NCBI GenBank assembly: GCA_965215605.1
Contig: OZ244070.1
Location: 320,001-384,000 of the forward strand
Direction: 5' to 3'
Length of the DNA: 64,000 nucleotides
Source: an uncultured Candidatus Binatia bacterium
GTDB lineage: Bacteria; Desulfobacterota; Binatia; UBA9968; JAJDTQ01
The notes under the pieces were generated by a model. The model saw nothing but the letters and a program-made list of their open reading frames with translations, was not told the DNA's origin and did no database searches. This document shows, one piece after another, positions 46,866 through 55,668 of this stretch. Position 1 is the first letter of the stretch, and the number at the start of each line of letters is the position of its first letter. The position numbers and the translations under genes were made by a program.

Positions 46866-47837
46866 TCAGGAGTCCAGCGTCGATTCCACGAACAGCTCGT
46901 CCACCGCCACGGCCTTGTCCATGAGCCCCTGGTCGTGGGAGTAGCCCATGAAGCGCTCCAGGTTGGCGCGGTTGCGCTTCAGGCCGTAGGGCCAGTAGTC
47001 CTGGCCCAGAGCCTCTCTTTCCTCTTCGTAGAGGTGCCGGGTCCACACCAGGCTCGACCAGTTGGGATCCGCGTAATACTCGAAGCAGGCCGCCTTGGCG
47101 TTCTCGAAGGCGTCCATGACGCTTTGCACGGCGAACGGATACTTCTCCAGCACCTCGTTCTTGAAGGCGACCACGTGCATGATGGGGTAGAAGCCGTTCT
47201 TGCGGTAGTACTTGAGCTCTTCGCCGCGGGGGTCGCGGAACAGGCGGCGGATCTTGTCCGAGCCGTCCACCACCTCGTCCGGCGGATGAGGCATCATCAG
47301 GGCGTCGATCTCGCCCCGCTCCAGCATGGCGCCGATGCTCTCGCCCTTCTCGAGGTAGCGGATGCTCACCCCTTCGGCCGTGATGGGCAGCGCCTCGGGC
47401 CGGTCGATGACCCAGTTGATCTCCCGCCAGGACACGTCGTACTCGCTCTGCAGGTCGCCCTTGGCCAGCACGGAGAGGGTCGTCTGGAACGTGCTCAGAC
47501 CCACGGTCCGGCCGACGAGGTCCTTGGGCGACTCGATGCCCGCGTCCACGTTGACCCACATCTGAGACAGGCTGAAAAGCCGCCGCGGGAACACCGGGAT
47601 GGCCTTGATGGGCATGTCGCGGCTCTGGGAGATGAGATACGAAGACAGCGACAGTTCGCCGATGTCGAACTCGCCCTGGAGCATGCGCTCGTGGCGCCGG
47701 GAACCGTGCCTCAGCGGGTGGGATTGGCCGACCTCCAGCACTTCGAGGTCCAGGCCCTCCGCGGTCACGCTTCCGTCCAGCAGCGGCACGTGCCTGTCGT
47801 AGTGGGACACGGCCATGGTCAGCTTGGGATCCGGCAT
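46866..47837 (-). CDS. 4,5-dihydroxyphthalate decarboxylase-like (PhtD) / periplasmic-binding-fold protein
   Basis: YDRHVPLLDG.V, FDIGELSLSSY, IPVFPRR.F, GFYPIMH and YWPYG...NR motifs. Confidence 0.8.
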   Translation of the reverse strand: MPDPKLTMAVSHYDRHVPLLDGSVTAEGLDLEVLEVGQSHPLRHGSRRHERMLQGEFDIGELSLSSYLISQSRDMPIKAIPVFPRRLFSLSQMWVNVDAGIESPKDLVGRTVGLSTFQTTLSVLAKGDLQSEYDVSWREINWVIDRPEALPITAEGVSIRYLEKGESIGAMLERGEIDALMMPHPPDEVVDGSDKIRRLFRDPRGEELKYYRKNGFYPIMHVVAFKNEVLEKYPFAVQSVMDAFENAKAACFEYYADPNWSSLVWTRHLYEEEREALGQDYWPYGLKRNRANLERFMGYSHDQGLMDKAVAVDELFVESTLDS

Positions 47838-47956
47838 GTGATCGTCGCTCCTTCCTCGCAAGGGTTGCACCGTGAATTGAAACGAGACTATACACTACCC
47901 CTATCGGCACAGCCAAACCTGACCGGCGCCCACCGCCGCACAGAGGAGGGACGGAC

Positions 47957-48745
47957 ATGGCCAGAATTCGCTACGTGGCCACCTTGAGCCGCGACCCCGA
48001 CGCACTGGCGGGCTTCTACACTCAATACATGGGGATGAAAGAATTGGGCCGCTCGCCGGAGGGCGACGTTTCCCTCACCGAAGGCCTCTACAACCTCACC
48101 CTGTTCCGCAAGCGGCAATCCCTGGGCGAGTTCCACATGCGCCGCGGACTGCATCACATCGGCCTCCAGGTGGAGGAACTCGGCGAGGTCCGGGCGCGCT
48201 ACCAGAGGTTCAACCCCAGGGGCGTGGTGGTGACCGAACCCGGGGGTCTGCACCACGGCGCCATCCGCATCTTCGATCCCGAGTGCAATCCGGTGACGCT
48301 GTCGGAAGGGAGCTTCGGCGTGGAGGAGGAAGGCGGGTACCCGCGCATCGCCCACGTCGCCTTCAACGCCTTGGACCCCGAGGTGATGCTCAACTTCTAC
48401 GTCCAGGTGCTGGGGCTCCGGGAGGTGGAAAGCAGTTACAAGCGGCGGCGCAGCGGCCTGCTCAACCGTTTCGCGGGCGACGGCTCCACCAACCTGGCCA
48501 TCCACCCGTTCTTCAACTCCACCGTGGGCCACGAACGCCGCTTCGGCGTGAACCACATCGGCTTCCTCGTAGACGATCTGGCCCGTAAGCTCGACGACCT
48601 GGGGAGCGTGGTGGCGGTCAAGGCGCGGCCGCCGGACCGGCCCTACGCCGAGTTCCGCTTCCGGGACCCGGAGGGGAACGCACTGGACCTGTCCCAGAAC
48701 AAGGGATGGGAGGTAGACATCGACAAGTGGGAACGGGCCGCCTGA
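47957..48745 (+). CDS. VOC (glyoxalase/extradiol dioxygenase) family, two domains
   Basis: FYT..MGMKE, GLHHIG, FDPE.N, IAHVA, GVNHIGF and FRDPEGN motifs. Confidence 0.85.
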   Translation: MARIRYVATLSRDPDALAGFYTQYMGMKELGRSPEGDVSLTEGLYNLTLFRKRQSLGEFHMRRGLHHIGLQVEELGEVRARYQRFNPRGVVVTEPGGLHHGAIRIFDPECNPVTLSEGSFGVEEEGGYPRIAHVAFNALDPEVMLNFYVQVLGLREVESSYKRRRSGLLNRFAGDGSTNLAIHPFFNSTVGHERRFGVNHIGFLVDDLARKLDDLGSVVAVKARPPDRPYAEFRFRDPEGNALDLSQNKGWEVDIDKWERAA

Positions 48746-48819
48746 CAAATGATTCTACAAAGGCCGTTGCGCCGCAAATTGATGATAAACAAACGCCTTT
48801 TCTGAAAAAGGAGAACGAA

Positions 48820-49248
48820 ATGGCCATCGAAGTCATGGATCTGATGGACAAGGGGCGCAAGGACCTCAAGCGCGAGGTGGTGTTGAACACCAAGCGCTTC
48901 CACACCTGGGTGCACGTCTATCCCGAGCCCGGCGACCGGGACGACATGCACTGCCACAACGCCGACCAGAGCTTCTACCTCATGGAGGGCGAGTGCACCA
49001 TGCACTTTCCGGACGGTGGCAAGGCCGTGATGACGCCGGGCATGGTGGCGCTCATCCACGGCGGCGACTTCTACCAGCTCGAGAACACGGGCGCCGGCCC
49101 GATGATCCTCATGGGCAACCGCTCGGGGCCGTCCGAGGACATCAAGCACATCAACTACGAGCTGCGCAAGGACATCAAGGAGTTGCCCAAGGAAGACCGG
49201 CAACGCATCGGCAAGGGCGGCCCGGTATACGTCACCAAGGCCGGCTAG
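48820..49248 (+). CDS. Single cupin protein
   Basis: MHCHNADQSFYLMEG...LENTG; AAGGAG RBS. Confidence 0.78.
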   Translation: MAIEVMDLMDKGRKDLKREVVLNTKRFHTWVHVYPEPGDRDDMHCHNADQSFYLMEGECTMHFPDGGKAVMTPGMVALIHGGDFYQLENTGAGPMILMGNRSGPSEDIKHINYELRKDIKELPKEDRQRIGKGGPVYVTKAG

Positions 49249-49250
49249 AC

Positions 49251-50045
49251 GTGGCTCTCGACTATCTTCCCATTCTGGCGGAAAACGCGGCCCCCAGGCC
49301 GCCGCGCAAGCTGTACCGCGCACCCCGCATCGGGTGGCAGCCCCTTGCGCGACCGCTGAACGAGATGCGCGTGAGCCTCGTGACAAGCGCGGCCATCCGC
49401 CAGCCCCGCCAGCGTGCCTTCACCGCGGGAGGCGACGCGAGCCACCGCCGCATCGGCGCGGACCCGGGCATCGAGGTCACCGTCGACCATCACTCTCCTG
49501 TCGGCAAGGACGTGCGCAGGGATGCCGAAGTGGTCTTCCCCCGGCGGGCGTTGCGGGAGCTGGCGCGAAAGGGGGTGATCGGCAGCGTGGCTCCGGCTCA
49601 CTTCTCTATCTACGGCGGCATCGGCGACCACGCCGCCATCACCGAAGGGCTCGCGCCCGAGTTGGCGCGGAAGCTCGCGGCCATGCGGGTGGACCTGGCG
49701 TTGATGGTCCCCTACTGACCCTACTGCCACGAGACCGTGAGTCTCGTCGCCAACCTGCTGGAGGCTTCCGGCATACCCACGCTCCTGATCGGCACCGTGC
49801 GCGACATCGTGGAGCGGGTCAAGCCCCCGAGAGCGGTGTGCGTGGACAATCCCGTGGGGCGCACGTTCGGACGGCCGCGGGCGGGGCGCCGGCATGAAGC
49901 GCTGTTGGCCGAAGCCCTTGGGCACACTCCCGCGTTCAAGCGCAAGGGGCGGATCATCGACCTCCCGGGAAACTGGACCGACCGTCCCGGCGCCTCATGG
50001 CCGGACATGGTGCGGCGGGAGATCCTGCGGCTGAAACGACGGTGA
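49251..50045 (+). CDS. Selenoprotein, D-proline/glycine reductase PrdB/GrdB-like (Sec at TGA 49716-49718)
   Basis: LARPLNEMRVSLVTSAA...GDASHR...D.EVVFP..AL.EL...G.IG...VDLALMVPY-TGA-PYCHETVSLVA..LEASGIPT...PPRA. Both halves are in one frame, giving a UxxC motif. Confidence 0.82.
49729..49747 (+). promoter_or_regulatory. SECIS-like hairpin
   Basis: ACGAGAC-CGTGA-GTCTCGT: perfect 7-bp stem starting at position +11 after the UGA. Confidence 0.65.
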
Positions 50046-50100
50046 GATTCCTTTGTCGGCGGGACCAGGCACCGCGCCCCGAACCCCGCCCTGCCCCGCA

Positions 50101-51051
50101 CTAGATCCGCTGCCCCGACGCCGAGTCCTTCAACACCTCGTAGGCCCGCAGCCCCACTGCCAGGTCCATGATTCCCAACCCTTGAAGCTTGAACAACGTG
50201 ATCTCCTCGGGCGTCGTCCGTCCCGGGGCGTTTCCGAGGATCACATCCCCCAGCTCGCACACGCCGTCCCAAGTGAGCACGCCGTCCCGGACGGCCCGGA
50301 ACACGTCGCTTTCGTTGGCCTCCACGGTCGCCTTCGAGGTGATGCAGACCCGCCCGGACCGGGTCATGGTATCCTGGTCGATCTCTTCCCGCACCCGGGT
50401 GCTGTCACCGTTGGCGATGGAGGTGACGTGCATGCCGGGACGGAGGCGGCGGCCATCGAACACCGGGGTTTGCGCGTTGGTGGCCGTAATCACGATGTCC
50501 ATTCCCTCCAGCGCGTCTTCGGGACTGTCCGCCACCGTGACCTCCACTTCCAGTGCATCGCGGACGCGGTCTGCGAATCGGAAACGATGCTCCGGGGCGC
50601 GGCTGAAGACACGGACGGTATCGATGGGTCTCACCGCGCACACCGCCTGGAGCTGGGTGAAAGCGTGCTTCTCGCTGCCGATGACCGCCACCCGGCTGGC
50701 GTCCGGGGGTGCCAGGTGCTTGGCGCCGACGCCGCCGGCCGCGCCGGTGCGAAGCTCGTTGATGGCGCAGTCCTGGAACAGGATCAGCGGTTCGCCGGTC
50801 TCGACGCTGTAGAGGATCACGGTCTCGTGGTGGATGGCGCGGTCCCGATCGGTCTGCAGGTAGGCCCCCATGACCCCCTTGAAGGAACCCGGCAGCACCC
50901 CGAACAGCATCCGGTTGGCGTGATGGATGCGCCGGCGCGGCAGCACCACGGCGTTGCCGCGGGAGGTCTCGGCGAGGCTCTCCTCCACCGCCTCGATGGC
51001 CTGGACCATGGGAATGATGGTCTCCACCGGCGTCTCTTCAAGGAACAGCAT
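50101..51051 (-). CDS. Ornithine cyclodeaminase / mu-crystallin family
   Basis: ELRTGAAGGVGAK.LA, VIGS..HA..QL, DIVITAT, LRPGMHV, ELGDVILG..PGR and ITLFKLQGLG.MD motifs. Confidence 0.88.
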   Translation of the reverse strand: MLFLEETPVETIIPMVQAIEAVEESLAETSRGNAVVLPRRRIHHANRMLFGVLPGSFKGVMGAYLQTDRDRAIHHETVILYSVETGEPLILFQDCAINELRTGAAGGVGAKHLAPPDASRVAVIGSEKHAFTQLQAVCAVRPIDTVRVFSRAPEHRFRFADRVRDALEVEVTVADSPEDALEGMDIVITATNAQTPVFDGRRLRPGMHVTSIANGDSTRVREEIDQDTMTRSGRVCITSKATVEANESDVFRAVRDGVLTWDGVCELGDVILGNAPGRTTPEEITLFKLQGLGIMDLAVGLRAYEVLKDSASGQRI

Positions 51052-51270
51052 GGATGGGTCTCCCGTTTCCGTATGCGAGCCGCCGTCAGCACTGGGACCG
51101 CGGCCCGCGGGCCTGTCCGGCGCAGTCTGCCATCCCTTGAACTGCCCGTCCAGGAGCGCTATTCAAGACCTTGACCGCTTGTCGTTTCGGCGCACCGTCG
51201 AGTCCGGGCCATCGCCACGGCCCGTCCGCTGTCGGGCTGGTGCCGCTGCCATCCATACAGGAGGAATCCC

Positions 51271-52353
51271 ATGGCCATTAACGGTACCAAGGTCATCGAC
51301 CTGGACAGCCATCTGGTGGGAGACGTGAGCAACTGGAAACACTGCATCGAGGAGGAGTGGAGGGATCAATTGCCCCGGCCGCTTCCGACCAGACCCGACG
51401 AAAGGCGCAAGACCCTGGTGGGATCCCGCATCATGGTGGGCTCGGAGGTGACGCGGCAGAGCGGCGAAAAGCCCCAGTGGCACAAGGCGGAGGATCTGGC
51501 GGCCGGAGGCCGGGTGCGGAACCTCGACAAGGACGGCATCGACGTGGCCGTGCTCTCGCCCAACTCACCCGCGCTGGACCTGGTTTGGTTTCCGGAAGAC
51601 CCGGAGCTGGCGGCGGCCTATTGCCGGGCCCAGAACAACTACATGCGGCAATACGCCGGCGAGTTTCCGGAACGGCTGCAATGGGCGGGCGTCATCCCTT
51701 GGCAGGACGTGGACCTGGCGGTCAAGGAACTGCACCGGATGGCGGACATGGGCAACCAGGCCCTCAACATGAAGGCGGTGCCGGTGGCCGGACGCCTGTG
51801 CTGGGACCCCTACTACGATCCCATCTACGCCGAACTGGAAAACCTGAACTGGCCGATCATCGTCCACGACACCAAGCACGAGTCCATGGGCCAGGAACGG
51901 TTCGCCGACAACTTCTTCTTCTCGCACATGGTCGGGCGTGTCTTCGAGTCCATGGTGTGCATGATGTCGTTCATCTGCGGCGGCGTGCTGGAACGGTTCC
52001 CGAAGCTGAACCTCGTGTGCCTCGAGACCGGCGCCTCCCAGATGCCGTGGTGGCTGGGGCGCATGGACGAGCACCATGAGAAGCTGCCGCACCTGGTGCC
52101 CTGGCTCAAGATGAAGCCCAGCGAGTACTTCATGCGGCAGGTGTACGTCGGCTGCGAGCCGTTCGAGGACGAGCACTTCGAGGTGGCGGTGGAGATGCTC
52201 GGCGATGACAACCTCGTGCTGGCCACGGACACGCCGCACTGGGACTCTTCTCCTCCCGGCACGGTGACCCGGCCAATCCTGGAGAGCGACAAGCTCACCG
52301 AAGAGAACAAGCGCAAGATCCTGGGCGCCAACGCGGCCCGGATATTGAACTGA
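51271..52353 (+). CDS. Amidohydrolase_2-family protein
   Basis: IDLDSH, DGIDVAVL, AQNNY, ERFPKL...LETGA and ATDTPHWD motifs. Confidence 0.9.
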   Translation: MAINGTKVIDLDSHLVGDVSNWKHCIEEEWRDQLPRPLPTRPDERRKTLVGSRIMVGSEVTRQSGEKPQWHKAEDLAAGGRVRNLDKDGIDVAVLSPNSPALDLVWFPEDPELAAAYCRAQNNYMRQYAGEFPERLQWAGVIPWQDVDLAVKELHRMADMGNQALNMKAVPVAGRLCWDPYYDPIYAELENLNWPIIVHDTKHESMGQERFADNFFFSHMVGRVFESMVCMMSFICGGVLERFPKLNLVCLETGASQMPWWLGRMDEHHEKLPHLVPWLKMKPSEYFMRQVYVGCEPFEDEHFEVAVEMLGDDNLVLATDTPHWDSSPPGTVTRPILESDKLTEENKRKILGANAARILN

Positions 52354-52405
52354 ACCAGCACCCTGAATCAGCATTCACGCAACGCGAACCAACCGGAGGT
52401 GAACC

Positions 52406-54652
52406 TTGGCCTATCAGACAGTCGGAAAGCCCATGCCCCGCATCGAGGGCGCGGATAAAGTCACCGGCGCCACCCGCTACGCCGCCGATCTGCCCATCCC
52501 CGAATCCCTTTACGCCAAGGTGCTCCGCAGCCCGCTGGCCCACGCGCGAATCCGCAAGATCGACACCGCCCCGGCCAAGGCGCTACCGGGCGTCCACGCG
52601 GTTCTGACCGGCGCCGATCTGCCCGAGGTGTACGTCGGACTGCGGATGAAGGACATGCCCGTGCTGGCAACGGACAAGGTGCGGTTCGTGGGCGACCCGG
52701 TGGCCGCGGTGGCCGCGGATACGCCCGAGATCGCCGAGGCGGCGCTGGGCCTCATCGAGGTCGACTATGAGGAACTGCCCGGGGTGTACGACCCGCTGGA
52801 GGCGGTCAAGCCCGGTTCTGCGGCGCTCCACGACGCGCCGCGCGACTACAAGAACGCGCCGCCGCTCGCGGAGGGCGTCGACCCGGACCGGCCCAACGTC
52901 CAGTCCCACAGCATCTGGCAGAACGGCGATACCGACGGCGGCTTCGACAACGCCGACCGGGTGTTCGAGGGCACCTTCGCCACGCAACTGGCGCACCACG
53001 GTTACCTGGAGCCCCACTCCTGCACCGTGGCGGTGGACGATTCGGGCAACGTGGAGGTGTGGGCCTCCAACAAGGGGCCGTTCGCGCTCAAGAACCGGCT
53101 TGCCCAGGACCTCGGAATCGAGCCCGAGAAGGTCAACGTCCACATCCTTTCGGTGGGTGGGGATTTTGGCGGCAAGGCTTCCATGATCGACACCCCGGTG
53201 TGCTACTTCCTGGCCAAGGCGACGGGCCGGCCGGTACGGTTGGTGCTCACCTACACCGAAGAGATCGCCACCGCGGCCCACCGCCATCCGGCGGTGGTGA
53301 CGCTGCGGGCAGGGGTCAAGAACGACGGCACCCTCACGGCCATCGAAGGCATGGTCACATTCGCAGGCGGCGCCTACGCGGCCTGGAAGGCCAACCCCGA
53401 GATCACGGTGATGGGCGCAAAGCGACTGGCCAGTTACTACCGGGTGCCGGCCATCCGCATCGAGACGGTGTGCGCCTACACCAATCAGGTCCCGTGCACA
53501 CAGACCCGCACCCCGGGGAGCCCGCAGATCGTCTTTGCCGTGGAATCGCTGATGGGCCAGATCGCCAGGGAAATGGACATCGATCCCGCAGACTTCCGGC
53601 TGCAAAACCTGTTGGACCCCGGCGACACGTCGCCCCTAGGGGCCAAGTGGGACGGCATCCTGGCCAAGGAAACCCTTGAGAAGGCGGTGGAGGCGTCGGG
53701 GTGGCGCACCAGCCCGCCGGGACCCAACCGGGGCCGCGGCATTGCCCTCTATGAACGCGGCGCCGGCGGCGGCAACGCCAACGCCGGCATCGATCTGGAT
53801 GAAGACGGCACGGTGACGGTGCGCGTCGGCGTGCCGGACGTAGGCCCCGGAATCCATACCGCCATCGTGCAGATCGTCAGCGAGACCTTGGGCACCGAAC
53901 CCGAAACCATCCGCATCCAGGTGGAGGACACCGACAACTCGCCCTGGGATCCCGGCACCGGCGGCAGCAAGTCCACCAACACCACCGGACACGCCGCCCA
54001 CAAGGCCGCCCGGGAGGTCCACGAGCAACTGATGGCGTGCGCCGCCCGGAAGCTCGGCTGCGAGCCCGACCAGGTAGGCCGGGTGGACGGACGCTTCGCC
54101 GCCCCCGAGGGCGGCGAGATGTCGTTCGCGGAGGTGGCCCAGGCCGCCATCGCCGACGCCGGCGGGTCGTTCCACCACGATACCGTCTTCGCGCCCGAAG
54201 GTCAGCCTCCCATCACGTCGTTCGCCGCCCAGATCGCGGAGGTAGAGGTGGATCCCGAGACCGGCCAGGTCACGGTCACCCGCATGACCACCGCCCACGA
54301 TTCCGGCAGAATACTGAATCACCTGACCTACCAGGGCCAGATCGACGGCGGCGTGGTGAACGGCGTGGGCTTCGCGCTGATGGAAGACAACCCCATGTCC
54401 GACGGCAAGATCACCACCCTGAACCTCGGCGACTTCAAGCTGCCCTGCGCCAAGGACATCCCCCGGCTCGACACCGTGTTCGTCGACCAGGGCGAAGGCC
54501 CCGTCCCCTTCCAGGGCAAGGCCATCGGCGAGCTCCCCAACGTCCCCACCGCCGCCGCCATCGCCAACGCCGTGGCCGACGCCACCGGCGCGCGGGTGTA
54601 CGACCTGCCGCTCACGGCGGAGAAGGTGTACGCGGCGCTGCACGAGTCGTAG
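52406..54652 (+). CDS. Xanthine dehydrogenase/CoxL-family molybdopterin-binding subunit
   Basis: KVTG..RY, LRSPLAHA, VRFVGDPVAAV, HGYLEPH, GGDFGGK, EVEVDPETG, GQIDGG and KAIGE motifs; TTG start after GGAGG. Confidence 0.92.
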   Translation: MAYQTVGKPMPRIEGADKVTGATRYAADLPIPESLYAKVLRSPLAHARIRKIDTAPAKALPGVHAVLTGADLPEVYVGLRMKDMPVLATDKVRFVGDPVAAVAADTPEIAEAALGLIEVDYEELPGVYDPLEAVKPGSAALHDAPRDYKNAPPLAEGVDPDRPNVQSHSIWQNGDTDGGFDNADRVFEGTFATQLAHHGYLEPHSCTVAVDDSGNVEVWASNKGPFALKNRLAQDLGIEPEKVNVHILSVGGDFGGKASMIDTPVCYFLAKATGRPVRLVLTYTEEIATAAHRHPAVVTLRAGVKNDGTLTAIEGMVTFAGGAYAAWKANPEITVMGAKRLASYYRVPAIRIETVCAYTNQVPCTQTRTPGSPQIVFAVESLMGQIAREMDIDPADFRLQNLLDPGDTSPLGAKWDGILAKETLEKAVEASGWRTSPPGPNRGRGIALYERGAGGGNANAGIDLDEDGTVTVRVGVPDVGPGIHTAIVQIVSETLGTEPETIRIQVEDTDNSPWDPGTGGSKSTNTTGHAAHKAAREVHEQLMACAARKLGCEPDQVGRVDGRFAAPEGGEMSFAEVAQAAIADAGGSFHHDTVFAPEGQPPITSFAAQIAEVEVDPETGQVTVTRMTTAHDSGRILNHLTYQGQIDGGVVNGVGFALMEDNPMSDGKITTLNLGDFKLPCAKDIPRLDTVFVDQGEGPVPFQGKAIGELPNVPTAAAIANAVADATGARVYDLPLTAEKVYAALHES

Positions 54653-54666
54653 AGGGACTCCACTCC

Positions 54667-54694
54667 GGACCCTGTGCCGCTCGGCGCAGGGTCC
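54667..54694. terminator. GC-rich hairpin after the Mo-subunit gene
   Basis: GGACCCTGTGCCG-CT-CGGCGCAGGGTCC; no U-tract, between convergent genes. Confidence 0.4.
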
Positions 54695-54723
54695 CACTTC
54701 ACAGCCGTATTCTCGAGCGATCC

Positions 54724-54755
54724 GTAGGTCGGATTCCCGGAGCGTAATGTCGGCA
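54724..54755 (+). repeat. Degenerate GTAG-type REP-like element
   Basis: GTAGGTCGGATT...AGCGTAATGTCGGCA resembles GTAGGTCGGATT..GCGTAATCCGAC-type REPs. Confidence 0.35.
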
Positions 54756-54783
54756 ACGGCCCGGGGTGCCTTCCACCTGCGCC

Positions 54784-55101
54784 TCATCTGATTGCTTGAA
54801 CCTTCAGTTGTAACCCCTCGTGCTTCTGAAACTGGCCGATGATCTCACACAGAGCACGGGCTCGGGGGTTGCCTCCAGGGCCGAACATACGCATCAGGCT
54901 CTTCGGCGATTTGTCGGCAAGCCCACCGAGTTTCTGAAAGCCAATGATTGCGTTGATGCAGTCGCGCAAGACGGCCTTGCCGGTGTCAATGTCGCCGGCG
55001 AGCAAACATTCAATTCCTTCGGTGAACAGTGCCTCCCGAAAGGCTGGGTCCCGTTCAACACGCTCTCGGATGGCTTCTCGTGAATCTCGTGTCAGCACCA
55101 T
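54784..55101 (-). CDS. Addiction-module antidote / HTH antitoxin (HigA-like)
   Basis: MVLTRDSRE...RDPAFREAL..E.IEC.LAGD..TGK..LRD.INA.IGF...KSLMRMFGP.GNP; GGGAGG RBS. Confidence 0.8.
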   Translation of the reverse strand: MVLTRDSREAIRERVERDPAFREALFTEGIECLLAGDIDTGKAVLRDCINAIIGFQKLGGLADKSPKSLMRMFGPGGNPRARALCEIIGQFQKHEGLQLKVQAIR

Positions 55102-55168
55102 CGAATCCTCCCGTGATTTGCGCTTCATTGTACTCCCGCCAGAGTTCTTCGTACCTCTTGGACCAAAC

Positions 55169-55378
55169 TCACGAACGCCAGGCTTTCGCCATGACTGCCT
55201 TGTTGAGGAGGTCCAGCCCGTCCATTTTCGCAAGCACCCTGACTTCCTGCCGGCGGGCGTCGGCGGACACGACTTCACGTAACGCGGCCTCGATTATCTC
55301 TTCGACGGAGGGCAGCCCGAGCGTGCGACGCGCCTCCTGAATCAGACTCTCATCAATGTCAACGGTGATCCTGGGCAT
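55169..55378 (-). CDS. VapB-type antitoxin
   Basis: MPRITVDIDESLIQEARR.LG......I.AALRE..R pattern. Confidence 0.75.
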   Translation of the reverse strand: MPRITVDIDESLIQEARRTLGLPSVEEIIEAALREVVSADARRQEVRVLAKMDGLDLLNKAVMAKAWRS

Positions 55379-55668
55379 ACGGCCATTTTATATCATTCGA
55401 ACAATAATTTATCGATCAGGGCGCAAGTGTATCGTCGGATACGGCCCCGACCAATGTCGACACGGAATCCCTGCTTGAAGACCCTAGCTTCGGCGGCCGG
55501 TGGCGTAGTTCCGTTTCTCGCGACTGACCGGCCAAGATTCCACGAGACGAAACTTCGGATCGTCAAGGTTTTGTCATTCTGGGCTTTCCTTGGTAACTGC
55601 TTGTCCATCGTTTTACGTATGAAAACCAGCGGTCACCAAGAACTCACGGCAAGGAAGGATAGCCCGGA

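Noticed and set aside
49716-49718. Nonsense mutation making a pseudogene
   Set aside because: The TGA falls at the UxxC position and is followed by a SECIS-like hairpin, so Sec recoding is the better explanation.
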